Below, piece after piece: positions 29,007 through 38,302 of a stretch of 64,000 nucleotides of DNA (positions are counted from its first letter, which is position 1; each line of letters opens with the position of its first letter). A program made the position numbers and the translations under genes. Source of the DNA: a virus (taxonomy: Duplodnaviria > Caudoviricetes). The notes beneath the pieces were generated by a model. The model saw only the letters and a list, made by a program, of their open reading frames with translations. It did no database searches and was not told the DNA's origin. Where the stretch lies: positions 170,117 through 234,116 of IMG/VR virus record IMGVR_UViG_3300032285_003957, one strand, 5' to 3'.

Positions 29007-29568
29007 CCAATATGACCAAGACAAGAAGTTGTTAAACAAGTTAAGACAACTTAATGAATCATTTTATGCAAAGAAAAGGTCATTGACCGAGCAAGTGGGT
29101 GATACAGGCCCTTCTCAAGAGCAAAGAAATACAAACGACACATCTACATTTGTTGATAATAGCGACCCAAGCGACAAAGCTCAAGAGGAGCTTAACAATA
29201 ACATCATGGTTATTAATGATGTTGATGTAAAGATAAATTCAACTGATAAAGCGGATATGAAATTAGACGATAGTCAAAAAACAGCTATTTCTAATATGAT
29301 TGATAATTTCAAATCACAAGTTGCTCAAATCGTTGACATGAATCCTGGTATGTCGATTAGTGAAACACAAATCAGATTAGACGGTGTTTTAACTGATAAT
29401 GACATTAAATTCGTATTCATTGCGGGACAAGACGGGGGTGTTTATATTAACGCTGAAATGTTAAAAATCGATAATACCGTAACACCAATCTTAGATAAGT
29501 TAATAAAATTTGAAGATACCTTCAAATCAACATTAGAACCATTTATTGGTCAAAGACAAACTAACTAA
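28984..29568 (+). CDS. Hypothetical protein (possible internal head protein)
   Basis: Open frame coupled to its neighbours; LNES and LTEQ motifs. Confidence 0.55.
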   Translation: MMQKKLVNQYDQDKKLLNKLRQLNESFYAKKRSLTEQVGDTGPSQEQRNTNDTSTFVDNSDPSDKAQEELNNNIMVINDVDVKINSTDKADMKLDDSQKTAISNMIDNFKSQVAQIVDMNPGMSISETQIRLDGVLTDNDIKFVFIAGQDGGVYINAEMLKIDNTVTPILDKLIKFEDTFKSTLEPFIGQRQTN

Positions 29569-29570
29569 AA

Positions 29571-29810
29571 ATGGCGTTAAGCACACAAGATAAAAAAGAA
29601 ATAGAGAAAATAGCCCAAAAAGAAATTAAAGATTTCTTAAGTTCGACTAATGCTCATGAGCAAGTTATTAAGATAATTCAAAAAGAAATGGGAACAAGGG
29701 ACATCAATGAAAAAATCGTTGATTTAGCCACTAAGGTGGTTGTTGAGCTATTTAAAAACCTTTGGCAAAGAAAGTCTTTTTGGGAGAGTGGCCTTAAAAA
29801 TGTAAGATAA
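29571..29810 (+). CDS. Hypothetical protein
   Basis: 79 aa ORF with a TAATG overlap to the next gene. Confidence 0.6.
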   Translation: MALSTQDKKEIEKIAQKEIKDFLSSTNAHEQVIKIIQKEMGTRDINEKIVDLATKVVVELFKNLWQRKSFWESGLKNVR

Positions 29811-30895
29811 TGGAGAAAAAGGTTAGACCCAACATTCAAGATGAAATGGATGAGTTCGAAAGAATGTCACAGGATTTGATGCGAGACGAAGATGTTGATG
29901 TTTCGGTCCAAACCCTTGTTGATGCGTTTAAAAACGCAAAAGAACATACGCTTTCACAAGATATTTGGTCTAAATTAGAAAATACAGAATCAAACGAAAT
30001 TGTTAAAGATGATTGGAAAGCGGTATTTGGTATAGCAAGAAGATATGGTAAAACAGATCCATTAATTCTAAAAAAAGCAATTCGAACTGGTGAATATAAA
30101 AGACCATTAATTGTTAAAATGGGTGATAGATACATTTTAATGGCAGGTAACACCAGACTTTGCACCGCAGCGGCTATGGGCGTTGCTCCTAAAGTTTTTA
30201 TTGGTGATATCACAAATAATATAAATGAGACGGCTGAACAATTTAGTCCACCACCTCATGAAAGCGAAACATATGACAAAATTATGGGGACAAAACACAA
30301 AAAACACAATCCTTATGATGATGAGGACGATAAAGACGATGTTTTCCCAACAGGTTCAGGTGATTGGAGAAAAAAGAAAGATGTAAAAGAACAAGGTGCA
30401 GATGCTGCAGGTGCTTTCGAAGCTCCTCTTGGTGCTTCTGGTGGCGATTTCACTGTTCTTAAAAGAGATTTACATAAATTTAAAGGATTACCAAATGTTA
30501 AAGGTTACGAGGTTACTGAGAAAGAAAAATTAGAAGAACAAATGACAGCAGATGTATCTGCAGGTGCATCATATGATGTCCCTCTTTTTGGTAAAACACC
30601 GAGAGGCGGACGTAAAGACCCTTTAGCTATTGAAGGACCTAAAAGCATCGCTAAAAGTAGAGCAGTAACAGATCCTAAATTTCCTAAATGGGGAGGACCT
30701 GGTGGTGTGTTCATTAAGATAAAGGAAAAATGTAAAAAATTCCCTTATTGTAATCAAGGAGACATCAACGCAATTGAACCATTAAGAGAAGCAATTACAA
30801 AAGCGGCAGAAAAATACGGAATTCCACGTCACGATGTGGAAAAAATTGTTATAAATGAGATAAACAAGATATTTATAAACTATGAAGGTGAGTGA
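29810..30895 (+). CDS. Protein with an N-terminal ParB/sulfiredoxin-like domain and a charged C-terminal region
   Basis: YKRPLIVKMGDRYILMAGNTRL fits the ParB/Srx G-x-x-R motif. Confidence 0.55.
   Translation: MEKKVRPNIQDEMDEFERMSQDLMRDEDVDVSVQTLVDAFKNAKEHTLSQDIWSKLENTESNEIVKDDWKAVFGIARRYGKTDPLILKKAIRTGEYKRPLIVKMGDRYILMAGNTRLCTAAAMGVAPKVFIGDITNNINETAEQFSPPPHESETYDKIMGTKHKKHNPYDDEDDKDDVFPTGSGDWRKKKDVKEQGADAAGAFEAPLGASGGDFTVLKRDLHKFKGLPNVKGYEVTEKEKLEEQMTADVSAGASYDVPLFGKTPRGGRKDPLAIEGPKSIAKSRAVTDPKFPKWGGPGGVFIKIKEKCKKFPYCNQGDINAIEPLREAITKAAEKYGIPRHDVEKIVINEINKIFINYEGE
30870..30877 (+). promoter_or_regulatory. TATTTATA putative late-promoter element
   Basis: Inside the end of the upstream ORF, 4 nt before ATG 30882. 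Confidence 0.5.
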
Positions 30896-32357
30896 ACTCG
30901 ATAATTTATTCGAAAGTGTGATTTCTAAAGAAATCAAAACTGCTATAATGGAACATTTAGATGGTTCAAAGCATGAGGTTTACCACGTTAAATGTGAAGG
31001 TGAGCCTGTTGAAACATGTCATACTGAAGAGGAAGCTCAAGAAATAGTAAATAAATTAGAAAAAGAACATCCGGGTAAACAATTTATCATTGAAAAGGGC
31101 TCATATGAATCATATGGTCATATGATTGATAAATTGGATGAAATGGGTGAACAATTAGAAGAAAAAGAAAATCAAAATATGGAAACATCTGCTCCAAAAA
31201 TTAAAACATTTGCACATGCTATTATGCACGCTAAAGATAAAGGTTTGAAAAAAGTTAAAATAAACGGCGAAGTTCATGACGTTGATGAATGTTGGAAACG
31301 TTTAGAAGAAGAGGAAGGTAGTGGTGATTGCACTGAGTGTAACGGACCAATGAATGAACAACAATATAACGAAGATGGTTATGAAGTAAAAAATGACCAA
31401 GACGAAAGTGTTGACTTTGAAAAATTATTGAGAGGTTCTAAACATGGTGACGAATCACAAATGGATGAAATCATTGATTTAAACAAATTAGGTGATCAAG
31501 ACATGGAAGAAGGTGATGGTTATCATTTAACTTCTGAAGGTATGAGAACTTGTAACGAATGTGGAACTGGTTATGTTATGGAAGATAATATATGTAACGA
31601 GTGTGGTGCATATCATCAACCATTAGAAGAAAACGTTTGTCCAAAATGTGGTAAAGAAGTTTGTGAGTGTGGTAATGGCGGTATGTATGAATCAAAGAAA
31701 AAAGTTTTACGTTTAAAAGAAGATGAGTTAATTGATTTAATCAAAAGTATGGTTAGCGAATCTATTCCTGGTTTAGACGCATACAACAAAGCACATAAAG
31801 AAAGCGGTAAGCAAAATAACAAAGAAGTGGCTGATATGATGGCTGATATAACTAAAAATCATATTAACATCCCTGGTTTAGAAAAAGCCGATTTCCCTAA
31901 TGCAAACACTAAAGGTGATAAAGTTGCAAGAGAAAATACTAAAGACGATGAGGAAACAATCGATGACAACAGAGGTCGTAACCCATTTGATTTAACTTAT
32001 GATATCGAGCCATCACAACAATTTAAAGATAGATTAAAGAAAGCTATTGAAGGTCATGCCACTATGGGTAATGCACCAACAACTGAACCTGCGAAAATTA
32101 AACCATCTAATGGTGCAGACAAAGGCGAAGAAGCGGAAACTAAAGAAGGTAATCAAATGAAAACTGATACCGGTAAAAAAATTGAGAAGGAAGCTAAGAG
32201 AAGAATAGAAATTAAAAAGAAAGCACCATTATACGCAAAAGAACCAACACCTGTTAAACATGTGAATGAGTCTAAAACATTTGCGATGGCTGATATCTTG
32301 AATGAAGAGATTAAAAAAATGAAGACTTTAACTTCATACAACAAAAAAACTCAGTAA
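30882..32357 (+). CDS. Acidic/charged hypothetical protein with repeated CxxC motifs (possible internal head protein)
   Basis: CTEC, CNECG x2, CPKCG, CECG; E/K-rich. Confidence 0.6.
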   Translation: MKVSELDNLFESVISKEIKTAIMEHLDGSKHEVYHVKCEGEPVETCHTEEEAQEIVNKLEKEHPGKQFIIEKGSYESYGHMIDKLDEMGEQLEEKENQNMETSAPKIKTFAHAIMHAKDKGLKKVKINGEVHDVDECWKRLEEEEGSGDCTECNGPMNEQQYNEDGYEVKNDQDESVDFEKLLRGSKHGDESQMDEIIDLNKLGDQDMEEGDGYHLTSEGMRTCNECGTGYVMEDNICNECGAYHQPLEENVCPKCGKEVCECGNGGMYESKKKVLRLKEDELIDLIKSMVSESIPGLDAYNKAHKESGKQNNKEVADMMADITKNHINIPGLEKADFPNANTKGDKVARENTKDDEETIDDNRGRNPFDLTYDIEPSQQFKDRLKKAIEGHATMGNAPTTEPAKIKPSNGADKGEEAETKEGNQMKTDTGKKIEKEAKRRIEIKKKAPLYAKEPTPVKHVNESKTFAMADILNEEIKKMKTLTSYNKKTQ

Positions 32358-32402
32358 TTCTTTTTTTTATTTTCTTTTATCCTTATATTGTATTATAAGA
32401 TT

Positions 32403-32858
32403 ATGGAAAATAAAGAGACATATTTGGAGTTCTTACATTCGGATAGTTACAAATTTCAATTAGACATTTGGTATAAAGCATACAATATAAGTCGTCAGAA
32501 AACCGAGCTTTTCTACGACTTTCTTGTTTCATTATATAACCTCATTGAAGATACCTATTTAGGTGAAGACCTTTTAGAAACTGAAGATATTCAAAAAAAC
32601 CACTTCAACTGGTGTTGGAAAAAAATATTAGAAAATTTTGGTAAAGAAAAAATATTCTTTAAAGAAAGTGGTAGTCATTATGAATATCTTTGGAATTTCT
32701 TTCTTGAAGCCTATTACTACGCTAAATTAGAAGAGAAGCCTATCAGAATATCTGAATATCTATACAAATTGTTCGATTTCAAACACAGAAAGTCAAGGTC
32801 AGAATTGGACATGTTGACGGAAATATATAAAATGTTTGAACAAAACTTTAAAATGTAG
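32403..32858 (+). CDS. Hypothetical protein
   Basis: Open frame from ATG 32403; aromatic-rich helical protein. Confidence 0.6.
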   Translation: MENKETYLEFLHSDSYKFQLDIWYKAYNISRQKTELFYDFLVSLYNLIEDTYLGEDLLETEDIQKNHFNWCWKKILENFGKEKIFFKESGSHYEYLWNFFLEAYYYAKLEEKPIRISEYLYKLFDFKHRKSRSELDMLTEIYKMFEQNFKM

Positions 32859-32896
32859 AGTTTTTTCCGTATATTAGTATCAAAAACCAAATAATT

Positions 32897-33091
32897 ATGG
32901 AAACCTTAAACATGATAAAGGTTCTTGTAGAAAAGATGTCTGTCGATACTCAGAAAGTTTTTGAGAAAGGAAATCGAAGCGCATCTATCCGCGCGAGAAA
33001 ATATGCACAAGAAGTTAAACAACTTATTGCTGTATATCGTAAGGAAATTTTAGAAGAAATTAAAAAGCACGACGATGAATCATCAGATTAG
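32897..33091 (+). CDS. Histone H1-like (Hc1 family) small basic protein
   Basis: EKGNRSASIRARKYAQEVK resembles the Bacteroidota Hc1 motif EKGNKAAGxRARK. Confidence 0.7.
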   Translation: METLNMIKVLVEKMSVDTQKVFEKGNRSASIRARKYAQEVKQLIAVYRKEILEEIKKHDDESSD

Positions 33092-33254
33092 TTTATTCTT
33101 GTTGGTAACAAGTATAATTTACCTTTTAAAATTTATAATTGAATTTATCATTCGATTATTTCAAGAGAATCCGGAACCCATGACGTCGTCAAAAATTGAA
33201 CAAATAGCTCAACTATTAGCTACGTCATACATAATAACATATTTTTTAAATTAA
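33075..33254 (+). CDS. Small two-TM membrane protein (59 aa; below the ORF track cutoff)
   Basis: MNHQISLFLLVTSIIYLLKFIIEFIIRLFQENPEPMTSSKIEQIAQLLATSYIITYFLN fills the gap between two genes. Confidence 0.55.
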   Translation: MNHQISLFLLVTSIIYLLKFIIEFIIRLFQENPEPMTSSKIEQIAQLLATSYIITYFLN

Positions 33255-33258
33255 CAAC

Positions 33259-33714
33259 GTGTTTGAAAGTATAAAATCATTAAGACCTTATTTCCATTCT
33301 TTAAGAGAGGTTAATAATAATGTCAGCTTAGATATTAAGTTACCTTTAACTTGGAGATATGAAGATGTGGCTAAACCATATCGTTCAGTGCAACTTAAAA
33401 CACAAGATAAAAACGATAAGTTTAATTTAATTTCATTGGTGTCACAGGCAACAAAGGAAGGTTATGATGTTGTCTTAGCATGTGCAATCGAAATTATCGG
33501 TATTAACAAAGAGGAGGAAGAAAAAAATAGATTATTCCAAGAAAAGGTTAAGGAATTACAAGAACTCTTTAAGAAGGAATCTTTAGATAAATTGAAAGAC
33601 ATTAATTTATTAAATAGCTATGGACAAGAGACTACAACAGGGGATGGAGTGGCTGAACAAGGAGATGGAGAAGGACAAGAAGGAATTGGAGATTCAGAAG
33701 AAAGTGATGATTAA
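33259..33714 (+). CDS. Hypothetical protein
   Basis: 151 aa, GTG start, acidic tail. Confidence 0.6.
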   Translation: MFESIKSLRPYFHSLREVNNNVSLDIKLPLTWRYEDVAKPYRSVQLKTQDKNDKFNLISLVSQATKEGYDVVLACAIEIIGINKEEEEKNRLFQEKVKELQELFKKESLDKLKDINLLNSYGQETTTGDGVAEQGDGEGQEGIGDSEESDD

Positions 33715-33823
33715 GGAAATGCAAAATTGGGATAAATCCGAAATGTTTAAACCAAAAACAAAAAATAAAGTATCTATAAAAGATAAGATATTAAAGATTT
33801 TAGGTTATGGAAAAAAAGGGTGA
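33620..33823 (+). CDS. Hypothetical small basic protein
   Basis: Overlapping chain of ORFs; the start may be the second ATG. Confidence 0.5.
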   Translation: MDKRLQQGMEWLNKEMEKDKKELEIQKKVMIKEMQNWDKSEMFKPKTKNKVSIKDKILKILGYGKKG

Positions 33824-34040
33824 TTTATTAAATCAATTAGCAATCATATCTGATTTGCTTGATAACATGGTGTTATCCACCGAATCAAAAACAATTGTGC
33901 TTGAATTAAAAGACGAACAATTTAATGCGGCTTTCGAAATTATAAAAAAGAAATATAATAAAAAGGCTGACAAACCTAAAGATACATTTTCAATATCAAT
34001 TGGTGATTTAGATATTATTTTTAATAAGAGTAATGCCTAA
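33807..34040 (+). CDS. Hypothetical protein
   Basis: 77 aa ORF overlapping its neighbours. Confidence 0.55.
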   Translation: MEKKGDLLNQLAIISDLLDNMVLSTESKTIVLELKDEQFNAAFEIIKKKYNKKADKPKDTFSISIGDLDIIFNKSNA

Positions 34041-34659
34041 TCAATTCGTTTCTACTAAAGCCTTTCGCTTCTAACAAATCATATAGTAATTTTCTTTGGT
34101 GAGTTGTGATATCTTTCACAAACATAAAATTACCTCTCTTTTTGAATATCAATTCTTCCTTCACAATTTCAAATAATCGTTGAGCATCAGCAATGTTTTT
34201 ATTACCAAACATCTTAACGTCATTATCGATTTGAACAAATAACTTATTGTTTAATGTGAAGACTTGGGTTATTTCTTTAATGAATAGAATTTGGTCCATC
34301 ATTTCGTGATACCTAATTCGTTTTTTTCTTTGGAAGTCATAAATAAGCTCCTCCTTCCAATACGGGATAATTTCTTTGATTCTAAACTTATCACCTTCGA
34401 TAAGAGCCTCCTGATTGCGACCTAAACTATCTTTAACATAAGTTTTAGTGGCCCACCTATTATTTGGGAAAATTAGTGCTAATTCGTAGTGAAGTTCGTT
34501 TTTTCTTTTACCGCCTTGCTGCTTAACAAACGTAGGTTTCTTTTGGGTCCTAAACTCCCTCCAATATTCATATACGGTAGTTCTTTGCATACAACGATAC
34601 AATACCCTAACCCTTTTCTTGTTACAGAAAAGAACTATGAAATATTTCCCATTTTTCAT
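34021..34659 (-). CDS. Hypothetical basic protein (minus strand)
   Basis: 212 aa ORF with no competing long plus-strand frame. Confidence 0.7.
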   Translation of the reverse strand: MKNGKYFIVLFCNKKRVRVLYRCMQRTTVYEYWREFRTQKKPTFVKQQGGKRKNELHYELALIFPNNRWATKTYVKDSLGRNQEALIEGDKFRIKEIIPYWKEELIYDFQRKKRIRYHEMMDQILFIKEITQVFTLNNKLFVQIDNDVKMFGNKNIADAQRLFEIVKEELIFKKRGNFMFVKDITTHQRKLLYDLLEAKGFSRNELIRHYSY

Positions 34660-34805
34660 AAAAATTTAGATACCAAAGAAACAACACCGTAAATGGCTAA
34701 AGCTACGATGGCTAATAGGAAAACTAATGAGTATTTTTCCATGCGACCAACTTCTTCCATTATCCTTTGTTTGTCTTCTTTGCTTTTACATTTTGAACAT
34801 GCCAT
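34656..34805 (-). CDS. 49-aa protein with N-terminal CxxC and a C-terminal TM helix (not in the ORF track)
   Basis: MACSKCKSKEDKQRIMEEVGRMEKYSLVFLLAIVALAIYGVVSLVSKFL; its stop overlaps the next start as ATGA. Confidence 0.65.
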   Translation of the reverse strand: MACSKCKSKEDKQRIMEEVGRMEKYSLVFLLAIVALAIYGVVSLVSKFL

Positions 34806-34877
34806 ATTAAAATATATACTTTTAATTTCTCTTTTTCAAATTTTTTGCTTATCTTTTTTATATATTTATCAAATTAT

Positions 34878-35402
34878 ATGGAAACAAACTGGTATGTAGT
34901 TAAGGTGATGCCTGGTAAAGAAAGGACTCTTAACGAAGAATTTAATAAGAAAATCTCAATGGGTAAGTTGGATAACATAACAAGATTTGTTTGTCCAACC
35001 GAAAAGGAGTTTGTGGTTGTAAAAAAGAAAAAGGTATTAAGAGAAAAGGTTCTATATGGTGGATACCTTTATTTTGAAGCACCAAAATTACTAAGTGATA
35101 GCGAATTAAAGGTGATTGCAGCAACCCAAAACATTATGGGTATTATGGGTAATAAAACACCAATGTTATTGAGCAAATCCGACGTTAGAAAGATTATGGT
35201 TGATGATAGATTGGATGAACATATCGAATCTAAAAAACTTTATATGTCTATTGGTGAAAGAGTTACTATTAACGAAGGTGCTTTTAATTCTTTTGAAGGT
35301 ATTATTTCTGATATCAAAGGAGAAAAAGTTGATGTGGAAGTTAAGATATTTGGTAGAAATACCGTAGTTTCGTTGACCATGAACCAAATCGAAAAATTGT
35401 GA
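34878..35402 (+). CDS. nusG: Transcription elongation/antitermination factor NusG
   Basis: NWYVVKVMPGKE and VLYGGYLYFE (NGN domain); GERVTINEGAFNSFEG...VEVKIFGRNTVVSL (KOW domain); ATG 34878. Confidence 0.9.
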   Translation: METNWYVVKVMPGKERTLNEEFNKKISMGKLDNITRFVCPTEKEFVVVKKKKVLREKVLYGGYLYFEAPKLLSDSELKVIAATQNIMGIMGNKTPMLLSKSDVRKIMVDDRLDEHIESKKLYMSIGERVTINEGAFNSFEGIISDIKGEKVDVEVKIFGRNTVVSLTMNQIEKL

Positions 35403-35713
35403 TAAACCATACAATGTCCCCTGAAGTTCTAATTTATTTACAGCAAGTAAAAAACTATCTTAATAATAGTAGTGATGCAAAAGAATATTTCATTGGTGAT
35501 GCCGATGAAGAATTATTCTTCAAACATCTTTGTGACATTGCTGAAGGTAATTTAAAAGATAACGGAGAACCTTTATTGAATAAAGAACAATTTGAATTAC
35601 TAAGGACAACCATCAAAGCAATACACATCTCAACCAAAACATATACAAAAGAAGAGATATTACATGACAAGATTTTTTTAGACACCAGTTTTGGTAAAAT
35701 TTGTCTAAACTAA
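35399..35713 (+). CDS. Hypothetical protein
   Basis: GTGA overlap with the nusG stop (alternative ATG at 35414). Confidence 0.55.
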   Translation: MINHTMSPEVLIYLQQVKNYLNNSSDAKEYFIGDADEELFFKHLCDIAEGNLKDNGEPLLNKEQFELLRTTIKAIHISTKTYTKEEILHDKIFLDTSFGKICLN

Positions 35714-35748
35714 CTTTATTATTAAAAAATTATATTTTACATTTATTT

Positions 35749-36822
35749 ATGAATAATATTTCAGAAATATCATTCCCGCTATACGATACGGGATATAATG
35801 GTGAGGTTGCAGTCGAACAATTTTATATTTTAAGATTTAACGCCTTACCATCAAAATTTTCAAACAACCTATTTTATGACGCTAAGATTATTGACTATCT
35901 AACATCTAATGGTTATGTAGAGCAAAATAGAATTAATCAAATCAATAGAAGATATGATTATATGTATTCATCTATTTTTGTTAATGAAACTAACAACACC
36001 ATTGTTAAAGTAACTAAAAACGAAGCTGAAAAGAAAAAATTAAATCTACACCAAATCGATTTATATTATGACATCACCAAAGGTTCTATGGAAGAGCTTT
36101 TTGATGTTGATACAATTAAAACTTTTGAAAAGAAGAAAAAGAAAGCAAATATTAATTTGGTGAAAAGTGACATGGGTCATTTAGATATTGAGGATTATGA
36201 TTTGTATGTTCCACCCATGAATTTGGAATTAAATTACGGAGAAGGATTTAAGAAAATTCATGATGTTATAATTAAAAAATTAAATGAAAATAATGGTAAG
36301 GGTATAATTCTATTGCATGGCGACCCTGGTACTGGTAAAACATCTTACATAAAGTATTTGACATCTTTAGTTAAAGAAAAGGAAATACTATTCATTCCAC
36401 CATCCATGGCTGAAATGTTATCTGAACCATCTATCATTCCATTTTTAATGGAACATAAAAATAGTATCTTAATTATTGAAGACGCTGAACGTGTAATTTC
36501 TGACAGAGAAGGAAACGGTTCACCTGCGGGAGTATCAAATATTCTTAACTTAACAGATGGTATTTTGGGAGATTGTTTATCAATACAAATCGTGGCAACC
36601 TTCAACATGAAACGCGAAAGAATTGACCAAGCTCTTTTAAGAAAAGGTAGATTAATCGCTGAACACAAATTTGAAAAATTACCGGTTGACGAAACCAATA
36701 AATTATTAAAATATTTAAAGAAAGACCACATATCCGATGATAGTATGGCGTTAGCCGATATCTACAATATCGATGTCGAAGTCTTCAAATCAACTAATAA
36801 AGAAAAGAAAATATCATTTTAA
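35749..36822 (+). CDS. AAA+ ATPase
   Basis: GDPGTGKT Walker A, IIEDAE Walker B, ILNLTDG, DQALLRKGRL arginine finger. Confidence 0.85.
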   Translation: MNNISEISFPLYDTGYNGEVAVEQFYILRFNALPSKFSNNLFYDAKIIDYLTSNGYVEQNRINQINRRYDYMYSSIFVNETNNTIVKVTKNEAEKKKLNLHQIDLYYDITKGSMEELFDVDTIKTFEKKKKKANINLVKSDMGHLDIEDYDLYVPPMNLELNYGEGFKKIHDVIIKKLNENNGKGIILLHGDPGTGKTSYIKYLTSLVKEKEILFIPPSMAEMLSEPSIIPFLMEHKNSILIIEDAERVISDREGNGSPAGVSNILNLTDGILGDCLSIQIVATFNMKRERIDQALLRKGRLIAEHKFEKLPVDETNKLLKYLKKDHISDDSMALADIYNIDVEVFKSTNKEKKISF

Positions 36823-37127
36823 TGGAAATAGTATCAGCAAGTAAAGTAAAGGAATTACAATCAGAAGGTAAAAAATTATTGGTTCAATATACAGCATCAT
36901 GGTGTGGACCATGTAGAGCATTATCACCAAGGTTAGAAATTTTATCAAAAAATTATCCTGACGTAACCTTTGTTAAGGTTGACGTAGACCAAGACAGTGA
37001 GTCGGCAATGGAATTAAGTGTTCGCTCAGTTCCAACAATCTTTATCTACAAAGGTGATGAATTAATAAACCGTTCCACTGGAGCTAATATAGACAGTGTC
37101 TATACTAAAATTTTAGATACATTATAA
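36822..37127 (+). CDS. trxA: Thioredoxin
   Basis: WCGPC active site, FVKVDVD, VRSVPT. Confidence 0.9.
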   Translation: MEIVSASKVKELQSEGKKLLVQYTASWCGPCRALSPRLEILSKNYPDVTFVKVDVDQDSESAMELSVRSVPTIFIYKGDELINRSTGANIDSVYTKILDTL

Positions 37128-37130
37128 CCT

Positions 37131-37403
37131 ATGGCTAATAAGATAATTATATTTACACTAAGCGGATGTGGTCATTGTAAGCAACTAAAAGAAAAAATGA
37201 TTAGCAACTCAATCCCATTCACAGAAATACCGATTGAGGAAAATAAAAAAATTTGGGACCAAGTTGTCAATCAAACAGGTGACAATTCCTTACCAACAGT
37301 GTTCGTCTCGATGGATGATACAGAAGAAGGACCCGTTTTTGTTGCAGGTCGAGATTTTACAGACAAAGACATTTTCATAGAAACGCTAAAAACTTACGTT
37401 TAA
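37131..37403 (+). CDS. Glutaredoxin/NrdH-like redoxin
   Basis: CGHC active site, SLPTVF. Confidence 0.8.
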   Translation: MANKIIIFTLSGCGHCKQLKEKMISNSIPFTEIPIEENKKIWDQVVNQTGDNSLPTVFVSMDDTEEGPVFVAGRDFTDKDIFIETLKTYV

Positions 37404-37407
37404 ACAT

Positions 37408-37437
37408 AAAAGAGAGAAAAAAATTCTCTCTTTTTTT
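37408..37437 (+). terminator. Rho-independent terminator
   Basis: AAAAGAGAGAA...TTCTCTCTTTT hairpin with T tail. Confidence 0.75.
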
Positions 37438-37486
37438 ATGCGGACAATGGAAATAAAAGTATTTATGTAAAAGACTTTACTTTTAC

Positions 37487-38290
37487 ATGGCATTACAGAA
37501 AATTAACTGGCTCCAAATTGACAGTCCCACAGTCCCTTCAGGTTCTATTATTGACATTGGAAAGATTGATGGACCTTTACATGCCGGTTATTTTGAAAAT
37601 TTATATATCTCAGGTGTTACTATTGGGGATATTATCGCAACTTCAGGAACAGACGCTTTAAATCATTTCACAGCATCGGTCTTAAATGCTATTGAACTTA
37701 CTGGTAGTAATTTAACAGTAAAAGGTAATTTCACGGTTTTAGGTCAAACAACAATAGTTGATTCCACACATATTTCTTTAGGTGATAATGTAATTGAACT
37801 TAACGGAACACAAGATTCTTTTGGTGGTTTATTAGTTAGAGATAGCGTTTTACCAAATCTTATTTCAGGTTCGTTACTTTGGGATAGCACAAACGATACA
37901 TGGATTGCGGGGCCCTTAGGTTCTGAATTACCAATGGTATTACAATCCGGTTCAGGGACAATAAACTATCTACAAAAATCAAACGGTCAAAATGGGATAT
38001 TGGATTCAAGAATCTCAGATAACGGACAAATAGTTTTAATAGATGTTACCGATGTAAATGACGGAGCACTTAATGTGAGCGGTTCTGTGGTAATTAAGGG
38101 TGATTTAAGAGTAGAAGGAACAACAACACTTATAAAAGATGACCCAACATTGAACTCGTTAATTGTATCGGGAGCAATGTCGGTGGTTAAAAATCAATTT
38201 AGATCAGCTTCGCTATCAATTCAAAATTTAGGAACATGGGGAGATAGGTCAAAAAACTATGTAATTGACTGTGGTGATAGCTTTTTCTAA
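37487..38290 (+). CDS. Tail-fibre-like structural protein
   Basis: GNFTVLG...LGDNVIELNG...GSLLWDSTNDTW module shared with downstream fibres; preceded by TATTTATG (37460). Confidence 0.65.
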   Translation: MALQKINWLQIDSPTVPSGSIIDIGKIDGPLHAGYFENLYISGVTIGDIIATSGTDALNHFTASVLNAIELTGSNLTVKGNFTVLGQTTIVDSTHISLGDNVIELNGTQDSFGGLLVRDSVLPNLISGSLLWDSTNDTWIAGPLGSELPMVLQSGSGTINYLQKSNGQNGILDSRISDNGQIVLIDVTDVNDGALNVSGSVVIKGDLRVEGTTTLIKDDPTLNSLIVSGAMSVVKNQFRSASLSIQNLGTWGDRSKNYVIDCGDSFF

Positions 38291-38302
38291 TTAAAATTAA
38301 AG

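Noticed and set aside
34693-34899. Plus-strand 68-aa ORF upstream of nusG
   Set aside because: It overlaps a better-supported, translationally coupled minus-strand gene and the divergent promoter region
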